Shown here piece by piece: positions 1-9,136 of a stretch of DNA of 64,000 nucleotides. Under the pieces are notes generated by a model that was not told the DNA's origin, ran no database searches, and was given only the letters and a program-made list of their open reading frames with translations. Each line of letters begins with the position of its first letter. The stretch's first letter is position 1. Made by a program: the position numbers and the translations under genes. Origin of the DNA: Acidobacteriota bacterium (lineage in GTDB: Bacteria > Acidobacteriota > Vicinamibacteria > Vicinamibacterales > UBA8438); the NCBI GenBank assembly GCA_002712885.1, contig PAUN01000010.1, forward strand, positions 70,783-134,782. Direction: 5' to 3'.

Positions 1-2
1 CG

Positions 3-108
3 GGGCTCTACGAATTCGCCGGTCAGGTGAAGTTCGACCGACTGCTAGAGCATCGTACTTACGTAAGGTGTGGCGTCCCCAACCATTTCCAGTTGGAACC
101 GCCTCCGT
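3..108 (+). CDS. 3' end of an unidentified CDS entering from the left edge (..YEFAGQVKFDRLLEHRTYVRCGVPNHFQLEPPP*)
   Basis: The frame is open from the window edge and GC3 is high in the first codons. It ends in CCG TAG at 103-108. No family recognised. Confidence 0.3.
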
Positions 109-265
109 AGGTGGCTCCAGGACATGGATCTGCTCTGGAAAGCCGCTTGAGTGGCGGATTTGGCCCTCAATAGACCCTAGCCAGGAGTCAGCTGGGGCTC
201 TTTCCGGGCTGACCGGGTCCTCAGGCGGCGGTTCGACCTGTGTGGGATACCGGTCAGCCAGGACA

Positions 266-1549
266 TTAGCCGAGACCGACCTCGAGAACGGTAAACAAGA
301 GCCAGCAGATAGCGCCGCCAACGAGCGTCATCGACAGGCCCCAGACCATGAGGTTGTTGAACAGCTTTCGACTGTCCTCGTGCTTTGGGGCCGCGGCCAT
401 GCACAACGCGCCGAGGGTCGACAACGCGGACACATCCACGAGGTGGGCGCCGATGTTCATCGATGAGGCGATCGCGAGAGGGTTGACGTCGCCGAGTTGC
501 TGCGCTAGGTCAGGCACGGTGGGCAGAAACGCTGGCAGGACCACCCCGGACGTGCTGCTGTAGATCGAAATAAAGCCGGTCGTGAAGGCCATGACCGCGG
601 TCACGGTGTCCGGCGTGGAGATGCCAGCCAAGATGCGGGTAAACAGCGCGAGACCGCCGGTCGCGTCGAGCACCGAAATCAGCACGGTCACGCCGCAGAC
701 CATCATGATCACGCGCCACGGCATCAGGTTCACGGCCTCGGACTCGTCCCCCGCTTTGAGCAGCGCCAGCACGATCGCGCACGCGAACGCGCCGAGCCCG
801 ACGTCGACGTTGAACAGCACGACCGCCGCGAGCAGCACGCCGATCACACCGACCGTCAGCCAGTGCTGCCTCCCGAACTCGCCTGGAGCCGTGGAGCCCC
901 CGCCATCCGCCGTCGGTACTACCAGCGCGCCTCCATGGCGCCGGCGCAGGAGCCGCAAGCCACCAAACGCCAGATAGGCGGTGAAGACAACCACCGTATG
1001 CGCCATGGCATTGTTGAGATAGGTCGCCAATTCGTAGCCGCCCAGCCCGATGTCGTCCATCACGCCGTTCACGATGATGCCGGCGGGCGCGAACGGCGAG
1101 AGCGCGGCGGCATTGCCACCATGGCCGATCATGATCGCCATCCAGAACGCCGGAATACCGACCTGCCCGGCCACCGCCATCCCCATCGGCGCCATGAGCG
1201 CCGTCGACGCGATGCTGCCCGGGCCGATCGATGACAGGATGAACGACAGGACAAAGAACATCATCGGTATCACGCCGACGTTGCCCTTGCACAAACGCAC
1301 CGCCTTGTGGGCAATCAGTTCCAGCGTGCCATTGGCTTGCGCCTGTGAGAACAACAATGTCACCCCGGCCAGGGTCAGGAAGAGCCGCGTCGGAAAGCCG
1401 CCCATCACCTCGCGCGCGCTCATGTCGGCGACGTACACACCAACAATCCACGCCAGCGCGATGGAGAGAAACCCGACGTGCAGTCGGATCGTGCAACTGA
1501 CGACGATGGCGATCGCCAGCGCGACGAGCGACAAGGTGGCAGCGTCCAT
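266..1549 (-). CDS. Ion-transporter-superfamily dicarboxylate permease (MatC/SLC13-like)
   Basis: Polytopic membrane protein. The N-terminal block GFLSIALAWIVGVYVADMSAREVMGGFPTRLFLTLAGVTLLFSQAQANGTLE resembles the MatC_N / DASS carrier signature. The ORF runs to 1732, but the ATG at 1549 (MDAATLSLVAL..) starts the hydrophobic core. The region upstream of that ATG overlaps a repeat element. Confidence 0.7.
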   Translation of the reverse strand: MDAATLSLVALAIAIVVSCTIRLHVGFLSIALAWIVGVYVADMSAREVMGGFPTRLFLTLAGVTLLFSQAQANGTLELIAHKAVRLCKGNVGVIPMMFFVLSFILSSIGPGSIASTALMAPMGMAVAGQVGIPAFWMAIMIGHGGNAAALSPFAPAGIIVNGVMDDIGLGGYELATYLNNAMAHTVVVFTAYLAFGGLRLLRRRHGGALVVPTADGGGSTAPGEFGRQHWLTVGVIGVLLAAVVLFNVDVGLGAFACAIVLALLKAGDESEAVNLMPWRVIMMVCGVTVLISVLDATGGLALFTRILAGISTPDTVTAVMAFTTGFISIYSSTSGVVLPAFLPTVPDLAQQLGDVNPLAIASSMNIGAHLVDVSALSTLGALCMAAAPKHEDSRKLFNNLMVWGLSMTLVGGAICWLLFTVLEVGLG

Positions 1550-1700
1550 GTGCCAGGAGTATAGCGGCCCCTGGCAGAACCCGCGGTCCATCGCGACACA
1601 GGCGACCGTCAGCCACCGGCTACTCGCATCGTTGTCGACCGGACTCGGATCGGTTAACGTCGTCCCGCCGTCACCAGGCGCGCGACAATGCGCGCCTCGG

Positions 1701-1774
1701 CGGGTGCGGAGTAGGGCTCTGGAGGTCCCCACGCAGCGCCGTGTGGGGTTCGGGGCGTAGCCCCGACTAAAGAG
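1701..1774 (+). repeat. Repeat family 2, copy 1 (about 74 nt, contains hairpin CGGGGC-gta-GCCCCG)
   Basis: About 75-80% identical by eye to 18637-18710 (hisF-hisA spacer). Both copies end 7-18 nt before a + strand start codon. Confidence 0.6.
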
Positions 1775-1791
1775 TGAATAAGGAGACCGAT

Positions 1792-2163
1792 GTGGTGATT
1801 TACGGTGTCGCGTTGTTGTCGTTCTGCATGTTGGTCGGCGTGTTCGTTGGCGACCTGCTCGGTGAGGTCATGGGCGTCCAGGCCAACGTGGGTGGCGTGG
1901 GCATTGCCATGCTCCTGCTGCTGGTGCTAACCAATCTTGGGTCCCGGGAAGCGGCGCTCAGCCCGATCACGGAGAAGGGCATCGGCTTCTGGAGCGCGAT
2001 GTACATACCGATCGTGGTCGCGATGGCGGCGCGACAGAACGTCTTTTCAGCGTTGTCAGGCGGATGGATGGCGATTGTCGCCGGGGTGGCCGCGGTCACG
2101 GCGAGCTTCGCCATGATCCCACTGTTGGCGCGTTTGGGCCGGGGGGGTCAGGATGATTCTTGA
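1792..2163 (+). CDS. madL: Malonate transporter subunit MadL
   Basis: About 125 aa, 4-TM. The motifs IYGVALL..ANVGGVGIAMLLL..FWSAMYIPIVVAMAA.QNV match Malonomonas MadL as I recall it. AGGAG at 1781-1785 favours GTG 1792 or 1795 over the ORF-track start at 1774. Confidence 0.8.
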   Translation: MVIYGVALLSFCMLVGVFVGDLLGEVMGVQANVGGVGIAMLLLLVLTNLGSREAALSPITEKGIGFWSAMYIPIVVAMAARQNVFSALSGGWMAIVAGVAAVTASFAMIPLLARLGRGGQDDS

Positions 2164-2917
2164 GACCCTGGAACGAGTCCTGTCCAGCAATGGGCTCATC
2201 ACCGCGTTCCTGTTCGTCGGGGCACTGGTGTGGGTGTCTTATCTGATTTCGGGAAAGCTGACGGGCGGCCGTGTGCACGGCTCCGCGATCGCGATCGGGC
2301 TCGGGCTGGTCTTGGCGTGGTGGGGGGGGCAGGCCACCGGCGGCAGCCGCGGACTCTCGGATATTCCGCTGTTCGCCGGAGTCGGCGTCATGGGCGGCGC
2401 CATGTTTCGGGACTTCGCCATCGTGGCCACCGCGTTCGGAGCCGATGTCCGGGCGCTACAAGGCGCGGGGGCCGTCGGCGCGCTCTCGATCGTGGTTGGG
2501 GTGCTCCTGTCGTTTGTGATCGGCGCTGTCGTCGCCGTTTCGTTCGGCTACACCGATCCCATTGCGGTGACCACCATCGGCGCCGGAGCAGCAACCTATA
2601 TCGTGGGTCCGGTGACCGGCACGGCGCTGGGGGCCAGCAGCGAAATCATCGCGCTGAGTGTGGCGGCAGGTCTCACGAAGTCGGTGCTGGTCATGATTGG
2701 CACACCATTCGTCGCATCGCGTATCGGGCTGAACAATCCGCACTCCGCGCTGATCTACGGCGGCCTCATGGGCACGACGAGTGGCGTAGCGGGTGGGCTG
2801 GCGGCGACGGATCCGAAACTGGTGCCCTACGGAGCGATGACCGCCACGTTCTACACCGGGGCCGGTTGCCTGCTGGCACCGTCCATCCTGTATATCGTGG
2901 TCGACATGCTCGTTTGA
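2153..2917 (+). CDS. madM: Malonate transporter subunit MadM
   Basis: 254-aa polytopic protein that overlaps the madL end by 11 nt. The N-terminus GLITAFLFVGALVWVSYLISGKLTGGRVHGSAIAIGLGLVLAWWGG is MadM-like. Confidence 0.8.
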   Translation: MILETLERVLSSNGLITAFLFVGALVWVSYLISGKLTGGRVHGSAIAIGLGLVLAWWGGQATGGSRGLSDIPLFAGVGVMGGAMFRDFAIVATAFGADVRALQGAGAVGALSIVVGVLLSFVIGAVVAVSFGYTDPIAVTTIGAGAATYIVGPVTGTALGASSEIIALSVAAGLTKSVLVMIGTPFVASRIGLNNPHSALIYGGLMGTTSGVAGGLAATDPKLVPYGAMTATFYTGAGCLLAPSILYIVVDMLV

Positions 2918-3598
2918 TCAGGGTCCCGCGAATGGGGTCAACGCAGGTCCGGACCGGATGGTGCGCCCCCCGTCCAGTTCGACCACCCAGTCGGCCAGGG
3001 CACGAACCTCGGCTTCGTCGTGTGACACATACACCATCGGCGTCGCCAACTCATCTCTGATGCGCTTGAGATAGGGCAGGACCCTCGCTCGCAGCCCGCG
3101 GTCCAAGGCGGTGAGTGGCTCGTCGAGCAGCAGCACCAACGGCTCCGTCGTCAGCGCCCGAGCGATGGCGACCCGCTGACGCTCACCACCTGACAAATCA
3201 CTGACCCTCCGGTCCAGGAACGGATGCAGCTCGAGCAGCGACAGGATCTGTTCAAGGCCCTCCGCGCTCCCATCGTCGCGGTCCGACCGCGCGCCATACA
3301 GGATGTTGTGTTTGACGTTCATGTGCGAGAACAACGTCAGGTCCTGCGGCACGTAGCCGACCTTCCGCCGATGGGACGGCACATCGACACCGGCACCCGA
3401 ATCGTAGAGCGTGCGACTCCCGATACGGATCTCCCCCCACTCGAGTGACCGGAGCCCCGCAATCGACTCAAGCACGCTCGTCTTGCCAGAGCCGGAGGGT
3501 CCGAACAACGCGACGACCCGAGCCTCGACCTGCTCGTGCATCTCGAGTCTGAAATCACCCTGACAGAGCAAGAAGTCGAGCGTGACCGGAACAGGCAT
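2918..3598 (-). CDS. modC: Molybdate ABC transporter ATP-binding protein (short form, no C-terminal TOBE domain)
   Basis: Walker A GPSGSGKT, signature LSGGERQR and Walker B LLLDEP. It follows modA-modB on the same strand. It is only 226 aa. Confidence 0.8.
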   Translation of the reverse strand: MPVPVTLDFLLCQGDFRLEMHEQVEARVVALFGPSGSGKTSVLESIAGLRSLEWGEIRIGSRTLYDSGAGVDVPSHRRKVGYVPQDLTLFSHMNVKHNILYGARSDRDDGSAEGLEQILSLLELHPFLDRRVSDLSGGERQRVAIARALTTEPLVLLLDEPLTALDRGLRARVLPYLKRIRDELATPMVYVSHDEAEVRALADWVVELDGGRTIRSGPALTPFAGP

Positions 3599-4254
3599 TA
3601 GGCGCTTGAGGCAAGCCGGTTGGACAGCAGCAACGCACCGAACGCGATGGTCGCCGAAATGGCCAACATGGTCGTCGCGGCCGCCGCCTGTCCGGTCTCC
3701 GTGTAGCTGTAGATCGCGACGGCGATGGTACGGGTGCTCGGCAACGCGCCAGCCACCATGATGGTCGCCCCGAACTCTCCGAGCGCACGCGAAAAACCGA
3801 GCAACGCGCCGGCGAGCACGCCTCGTTTCGCCAGCGGCAGGCTGATGGTCAGGAAGACACGGCGAGGACTCGCACCCAACGTGCCCGCGATCTCCTCGTA
3901 GCGTCGATCGACCTGCTCAAAACCGGCACGCGCGGCGCGCACGAGCAGCGGCAGCCCCATCACGGCCCCCGCGAGCACGACGGCTCGCCATGTGAACATC
4001 ACGTCTATCCCGAGTTGGGACAACGGGCCGCCAAGGGGGCCGCGGCGCCCGAACACCCAGAGGAGCATCAAACCGGTCGCGACCGGTGGCATGACCAACG
4101 GCAGCGACACCAGCGTCTCGAGCATGGCCCGACCGGGAAACTGCCGCCGGGCCAAAATCCAGGCCAGCGCTATGCCGGGTGGCAACATCACGAGCGTCGC
4201 CAGAGCCGCCAGGGACACAGTCCGCCAGGCGATCGCGAGCGCGTCGCCGGTCAC
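3598..4254 (-). CDS. modB: Molybdate ABC transporter permease
   Basis: 218-aa ABC permease with an EAA-like loop (SRALGEFGATIMVAG). It has a GTGA overlap with modA and a 1-nt overlap with modC. Confidence 0.85.
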   Translation of the reverse strand: MTGDALAIAWRTVSLAALATLVMLPPGIALAWILARRQFPGRAMLETLVSLPLVMPPVATGLMLLWVFGRRGPLGGPLSQLGIDVMFTWRAVVLAGAVMGLPLLVRAARAGFEQVDRRYEEIAGTLGASPRRVFLTISLPLAKRGVLAGALLGFSRALGEFGATIMVAGALPSTRTIAVAIYSYTETGQAAAATTMLAISATIAFGALLLSNRLASSA

Positions 4255-5030
4255 CGGCGCGCTTTCGGCATGATGAACCCGGCGGATTCGAACGCGGCGC
4301 TGGCACCCGCGCCGCTCAGATAAGCCAGCAGGCGTTCGCTCGCCGCCGGATCGGCTGACGCCGCGGTCACGGCGACCGGATAGACGATCTCAGGACCGTC
4401 GGCGACCGGCACCGCGTACACCTGTGTCACCTTGTTGGACGACAGGGCATCAGTCCGGTACACGAGGCCAGCATCCACTGCGCCAGACTCGACTGTCACG
4501 AGAGCCGCCCTCACGCTGCGAGTCGGCACGAGCTTGTCTTCCAATCGGCGCCACAACCCGACCGATTCCAGATACGCTCGGGTGTAGACACCCGCCGGCA
4601 CCGCGACGGGGTCGGCTATCGCGATGCGTTCGAACGACGCCAGCACGTCGGGCGACGTGGCCGGCAACACCGGTGGCTCGAGTGGTGCCACCACCACCAG
4701 TTGATTGGACAGCAGGACGGTGCGGGTTGCGGGCCGGAGCAATCCCGCGGCGGCCACCCGGTCCATCTGAATGTGGTCCGCGCTGATAAAGACATCGACC
4801 GGCGCCCCAGCCAGCACCTGCGACGCCAAGGTGCTGGAGGCCGCGAGGTTGAGTTCAACCGCAATCCCGGTGTCGCGTTCGAACGCCTGCACCAACGGCT
4901 CGATGACAGTGGTCAGGCTCGAGGCCGCCGAGACGATCAGGACTCCGGGCCCGGGGTCGGGCGCTCGTCCGCACGCCGTCAGAGACAGCGCGGCCAGCAC
5001 GGTCAACGTTCCGGTTGAACACATATGCAA
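4251..5030 (-). CDS. modA: Molybdate-binding periplasmic lipoprotein
   Basis: Lipobox LSLTAC and ModA-like blocks (VSAASSL, NLAASSTLASQ, VFISAD, PAGVYT). First gene of the modABC operon. Confidence 0.85.
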   Translation of the reverse strand: MHMCSTGTLTVLAALSLTACGRAPDPGPGVLIVSAASSLTTVIEPLVQAFERDTGIAVELNLAASSTLASQVLAGAPVDVFISADHIQMDRVAAAGLLRPATRTVLLSNQLVVVAPLEPPVLPATSPDVLASFERIAIADPVAVPAGVYTRAYLESVGLWRRLEDKLVPTRSVRAALVTVESGAVDAGLVYRTDALSSNKVTQVYAVPVADGPEIVYPVAVTAASADPAASERLLAYLSGAGASAAFESAGFIMPKARR

Positions 5031-5071
5031 GCAATTTAGTATGATTTAATCTTGTTTTGCAAATGTTTATA

Positions 5072-5085
5072 GTCGAATAATCGAC
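5072..5085. promoter_or_regulatory. Inverted repeat GTCGA-ATAA-TCGAC in the AT-rich modA / regulator divergent promoter region
   Basis: Region 5031-5158 is the most AT-rich stretch of the window. It contains a perfect 5-bp-arm palindrome and is a candidate operator for the adjacent HTH-TOBE protein. Confidence 0.3.
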
Positions 5086-5158
5086 ACATCGCTCTCATCC
5101 CAAATGCGAGTTCGGCTAGGGTTGAGGACACACGCGACAACCCACCGAGGACGACCAG

Positions 5159-5590
5159 ATGGCAGTGTTCACAGTGCGACAGGCGGCGGATCGACTCGGC
5201 GTGGGGTACTCGACGCTCAAGCAGTGGATTTACCGCGGCCGTGTCCGAACGACCCTGACAGACGGTGGGCATCACCGTATCGCGGAGACGGAAGTCGACC
5301 GTTTGCAGGCGACCGAGGGCGGAGCCCCGACACGACCCACGCCCCGACGGCGCCACGGCGGGGTCCTCATGCTGGTCAGCGGACGCAACCGCCTGCGCGG
5401 GATCGTCGAAGAGGTGCGGCGTGAAGGACTGGTGGCTCAGGTGAGACTGCGCATCGGGGACCAGTTGCTCACGGCGGTCATCACCCGTGACGCGCTCGAC
5501 GAACTGAAACTCAAACGCGGTGACGAGGCGACCGCATTGATCAAGGCCACCGAGGTGATGGTGGCCCGAGAAGCATCGACGCTGCCGTAG
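5159..5590 (+). CDS. HTH (excisionase/MerR-like) + TOBE(Mop) domain protein, probable molybdate-responsive regulator
   Basis: The N-terminus FTVRQAADRLGVGYSTLKQWIYRGRV is an HTH_17-type motif. The C-terminus SGRNRLRGIVEEV..GLVAQVRLRIGDQLLTAVITRDALDELKLKRGDEATALIKATEVMV is a TOBE domain. It is divergent from modABC. Confidence 0.75.
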   Translation: MAVFTVRQAADRLGVGYSTLKQWIYRGRVRTTLTDGGHHRIAETEVDRLQATEGGAPTRPTPRRRHGGVLMLVSGRNRLRGIVEEVRREGLVAQVRLRIGDQLLTAVITRDALDELKLKRGDEATALIKATEVMVAREASTLP

Positions 5591-5593
5591 CCC

Positions 5594-5695
5594 GGTTACC
5601 TTCCGGACCGTCTGGACGACGTTTTTTCCTCAGTCACAGCCCGCCTGGCTGCTCCCTCGTCGCGCCTTGCCAGCCGAACACCTCGACAGGTAACC
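5594..5695 (-). repeat. Repeat family 1 (about 100-bp palindromic MITE/REP-like element), copy A
   Basis: Terminal inverted repeats GGTTACCTTCCGGACCGTCTGG / CCGAACACCTCGACAGGTAACC. The core CACAGCCCGCCTGGCTGCTCCCTCGTCGCGCCTTGCCAG matches the reverse complement of copy C at about 35 of 39 positions. The two convergent flanking genes both end in CCGTAG. Confidence 0.75.
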
Positions 5696-5720
5696 GCCCC
5701 GGATCGTTTTCTGCGCGATG

Positions 5721-6248
5721 CTACGGTTCTCTGGTAAACGTGGGTGGAAGCACGGACTGGAGTTGGAGCCCCCAATGCCCGTCCTGCCGAGTCACGACAT
5801 ACAGGCCAGGCATGGTCGTGATCGGGCTGCCGTCGACGGCATACCGCGTGAAGACGATTCGGAAGTGCACTTTGTCGGACGAGACATGGACCGTTTCGGC
5901 CAGATCCAACGTGGAATGGTCCAATCCGGACTGACGCACCGCCTCGAAGTCGATCGCGATCTCTTCTGGTGTCTCCCGGAGAACGACCTGTCCGTTGCTC
6001 CCCACGCTCAGCCGAGGGAAATTGCTGACCGCCGCAATGGCCTCGTTGTCGGCGGCGTTCAATGCGCGAAAGTACTCTTCGAGCGCGGCCCGCGCCTCTG
6101 TTTCATGCTGCCGGTCGTCATCCTGAGCCGACGCCGTGACGCTCATCCACACAGCAACAACGAGCGTGAGAAAACCCACCACGGCTGGACGACCCAGACT
6201 CGGCGGTGGGTTGTCGTTCCGTGCCAAGAGCCGGCTATGCATGACCAT
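5721..6248 (-). CDS. Secreted NTF2/SnoaL-like fold protein (hypothetical)
   Basis: Signal-like N-terminus. The EARAALEEYFRALNAAD.. start and the ..YVVTRQDGHWGLQ end are typical of SnoaL/DUF4440-like proteins. Confidence 0.55.
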   Translation of the reverse strand: MVMHSRLLARNDNPPPSLGRPAVVGFLTLVVAVWMSVTASAQDDDRQHETEARAALEEYFRALNAADNEAIAAVSNFPRLSVGSNGQVVLRETPEEIAIDFEAVRQSGLDHSTLDLAETVHVSSDKVHFRIVFTRYAVDGSPITTMPGLYVVTRQDGHWGLQLQSVLPPTFTREP

Positions 6249-6504
6249 CCTCCTTGCATCGTCGCTCGGTGACGTGCACCCTCAAGTGTAGGCCGAAGTC
6301 GAACAACGGCGGAATCAATACGACATCTTCGCGCGTGCTACTGCAGGTCGGGGATCCGTGAGCGGAGACCCACGCCCTCAGGGGCAATAACACGCCGACG
6401 ATTTATGTTGCGAACCACGCTGAGAGGACACTAGCATGAACGCCTGCTTTCCAACATGAACCCTACCGGTGGACGCTTGACTATCCATCAGAGGAGATTT
6501 TTAG

Positions 6505-7599
6505 ATGCCGTATCGAACGCTCTGCTCATTGTGCGTCGTCGGTCTGTCGCTGCTCGTCCTGGCGCCGACCCACACCCTGTCGGCGGCCCAAGGTCCAACG
6601 CTGACCGCCGGCGGCCCACTCGCGTTCGGGCCGGACAACGTCCTGTTCATCGCAGACAACGGCGCCGCGAAGATCGTGGCGCTCGAACTGGGGGCGGAAG
6701 GAGCCGGGGACACACCCGGAACCCTGGACGTGCCTGGGATCGATCGCAAGATCGCGGCTCTCCTGGGCACGGACCCGAGCGAGATCCAGATCATCGATCT
6801 GGCCATCAACCCCTTATCCCACAATGCGTTCCTGTCGGTGTCGCGTGGCCGCGGCGCCAATGCGACCCCGGTCCTCCTGCGCATCGATGGGGCCGGAACG
6901 ATCGACGTGGTGTCGTTGAGCGGCGTCACGTACACGGAGTTGGCCTTGCCCAACGCGCCCGCCTCGAATCCGAGCGCCCGCCGGAACCCGCGAGCGTCCT
7001 CGGTCACGGACATGTCGTTCGTCGACGACCAGCTGTTCATCGCGGGCCTGTCCAGTGAAGAATTCTCGTCGAAGCTCCGCGCGGTCGGGTACCCGTTCGC
7101 GTCGATCGACAGTGGCACCAGCGTCGAAATCTGGCACGCGGCTCACGGACGATTCGAGACCCACTCGCCGGTCTATACGTTTGTGCCCTACGAGATCGGT
7201 GGCGAGCAGAACCTGATTGCCGGGTATCTCTGCACACCGCTCGTGAAGTTCCCGGTCACGGCACTGCAGCCGGGCGCCAAGGTGATGGGCACGACCATCG
7301 CCGAGTTGGGTAGCGGGAATCGGCCCATCGACATGGTGGTGTACGAGAAGGACGGCGCCGACTATCTACTGATGTCGAACACCAGCCATGGAGTGATGAA
7401 GATTCCGACCTCGGACTTCGACACCCAGCCCGGACTGAGCGAACCGGTCGGGGGCGGAGACACGGCCGGCGTCACGTTCGAGACGATCCCGCAGCTGACC
7501 GGGATCGAGCAGCTCGACTTGCTGGATGACGAGCGGATCGTCGTCATCGCGCGACGCGACGCGGGTCAGGCCGACCTCGAAGCGCGCGCCCTGCCATAG
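6505..7599 (+). CDS. Secreted hypothetical protein (beta-rich, possibly propeller-like)
   Basis: GAGGAG RBS, signal peptide LLVLAPTHTLSAAQG and good GC3. No family recognised. Confidence 0.6.
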   Translation: MPYRTLCSLCVVGLSLLVLAPTHTLSAAQGPTLTAGGPLAFGPDNVLFIADNGAAKIVALELGAEGAGDTPGTLDVPGIDRKIAALLGTDPSEIQIIDLAINPLSHNAFLSVSRGRGANATPVLLRIDGAGTIDVVSLSGVTYTELALPNAPASNPSARRNPRASSVTDMSFVDDQLFIAGLSSEEFSSKLRAVGYPFASIDSGTSVEIWHAAHGRFETHSPVYTFVPYEIGGEQNLIAGYLCTPLVKFPVTALQPGAKVMGTTIAELGSGNRPIDMVVYEKDGADYLLMSNTSHGVMKIPTSDFDTQPGLSEPVGGGDTAGVTFETIPQLTGIEQLDLLDDERIVVIARRDAGQADLEARALP

Positions 7600-7621
7600 C
7601 GCGCCCGGTTGGCCCCCTTTG

Positions 7622-8932
7622 ATGGCACATGCGAGCGACGCCGTCCCGCGTTTCCGGCCGGCACGCACGGTAACCCATGATGTGGCGACGCTCGTGCTCG
7701 TCGGCGTCGTGTCATTCATCGCAGGATGCGCGAAGGCGCCGGCGGTGGATATGTCAAGGGTGGTCATCACCTTGGCCGCCGCCCCTGAAGACGCCGCTGG
7801 AGATGCCGACACCGTAGCCGCCAGCATCTACGTGACCGGTCTCCCGCCGACGCAGGTTGACGCCCTTCGCTCGACTGGACTAACCGAAGCGCAGTGGGCG
7901 AACCTGCTTCGGGTGACAGTCGTCATGGCAGACGGCGCAGTCGACGCCGACCTCCCCCCGGTCCTCGGTTCCCATGCAGTCAGCGAGGACGATTCGTTGC
8001 GGTTCACGCCGCTGTTCCCATTCGATGCCGGCCGCTCCTACGCCATCCGCCTCGATCCGAACCGGCTGCCCGGTCTCGACGCGGCCGCGGTGGAAGCCTT
8101 GGATACCCTCGAAGCCAGGGTCGCGCTACCCAGGCCCGACATCCAGCCGACCACGGTGGTCGAACGGATCTACCCGGGCGGCGATCGGGTTCCAGAGAAT
8201 CAGCTCAAGCTCTATCTACATTTTTCCGCCCCGATGAGCCATGTCGACGGACTCGCGTATCTCAGGCTGCTGGACGGGCGTGGCCGCGAGGTGGAGGCAC
8301 CGTTTCTGCCGTTCGGTCTCGATTTCTGGGACAGAGACCACTTCCGTTACACGGTCTTCTTCGATCCGGGTCGCATCAAGCAGGGACTGGATCTGAACGA
8401 GCAACTGGGTCGGTCCCTCCAAGCCGGCGAGACCTACACCTTGGTCGTCGACCCAGCGTGGCCGGATGCCGAAGGCAACCCGCTGCAGGCGCCGTTCGAG
8501 AAACAGTTCAGCGTCGGACCGGCTGACACGGCACCCCTCGATCACACGACGTGGCGGCTCCGTGTGCCCGCCGGCGGCTCGACCCAACGTCTGGTCGTGT
8601 CGTTCCCCGAGCCGCTCGACCACGCGTTGATGCGTCGCGCGATCGGAGTGGAGACCGACGCCGGCCAACCGGTCGCCGGCGAAGTGGAGACCGGAAACTG
8701 GGAGACGCGCTGGATGATGACGCCCGCGCAACCGTGGGTCCCGGGCGCCTATGCGCTCGTCGCATCCACGATCCTCGAAGACCTGGCGGGGAACCGGATC
8801 GGGACGCCGTTCGAGATTTCAGCTCCTGACCCAACCGGGAATGCAGTGAGCGAGCGCGCTGGCCAGGCCAGCGCCCCGCTGAGCCACGGAATGCAGGACG
8901 ACACGGTTCGCATCCCGTTCCACATTCGATAG
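7622..8932 (+). CDS. Hypothetical lipoprotein (Ig-like/SbsA-like beta domains suspected)
   Basis: ATG 7622 gives MAHASD..LVLVGVVSFIAGCAKAP (lipobox). The track ORF starts earlier at 7526, inside the previous gene. It lies 22 nt after the preceding CDS. Confidence 0.6.
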   Translation: MAHASDAVPRFRPARTVTHDVATLVLVGVVSFIAGCAKAPAVDMSRVVITLAAAPEDAAGDADTVAASIYVTGLPPTQVDALRSTGLTEAQWANLLRVTVVMADGAVDADLPPVLGSHAVSEDDSLRFTPLFPFDAGRSYAIRLDPNRLPGLDAAAVEALDTLEARVALPRPDIQPTTVVERIYPGGDRVPENQLKLYLHFSAPMSHVDGLAYLRLLDGRGREVEAPFLPFGLDFWDRDHFRYTVFFDPGRIKQGLDLNEQLGRSLQAGETYTLVVDPAWPDAEGNPLQAPFEKQFSVGPADTAPLDHTTWRLRVPAGGSTQRLVVSFPEPLDHALMRRAIGVETDAGQPVAGEVETGNWETRWMMTPAQPWVPGAYALVASTILEDLAGNRIGTPFEISAPDPTGNAVSERAGQASAPLSHGMQDDTVRIPFHIR

Positions 8933-9136
8933 CACCTCGCGCGGCTCGATGAACGGCGACTTATTCATGCCGAGCATCGTCGCGCCCCGATATAATCGTC
9001 CTGCGTTCTGCCACGGCCCCAAGTTCGGCCGGGATGTTCCCGTCCACGAACGTCTGAGATACGAAGCCGCAGTCCATCAGCGACGGCACACGCCCTGCTC
9101 CGATACATCGAGCTACCGGCCGACTAACTCCGAACG

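Noticed and set aside
5031-5158. Moco riboswitch in the modA leader
   Set aside because: The region is AT-rich, only 128 bp and shared with a divergent gene. It lacks the conserved GC-rich Moco motif helices. Protein-based regulation through the HTH-TOBE protein is the better explanation.
8933-9136. Riboswitch upstream of the TonB receptor (a CUGAGA motif at about 9053 hinted at a THI-box; a GCCACGG hinted at a B12 box)
   Set aside because: The other conserved elements are absent (ACCUGAUCUGG..GCCAGCG for TPP; the full B12 box and the surrounding helices). The short matches are isolated and expected by chance.
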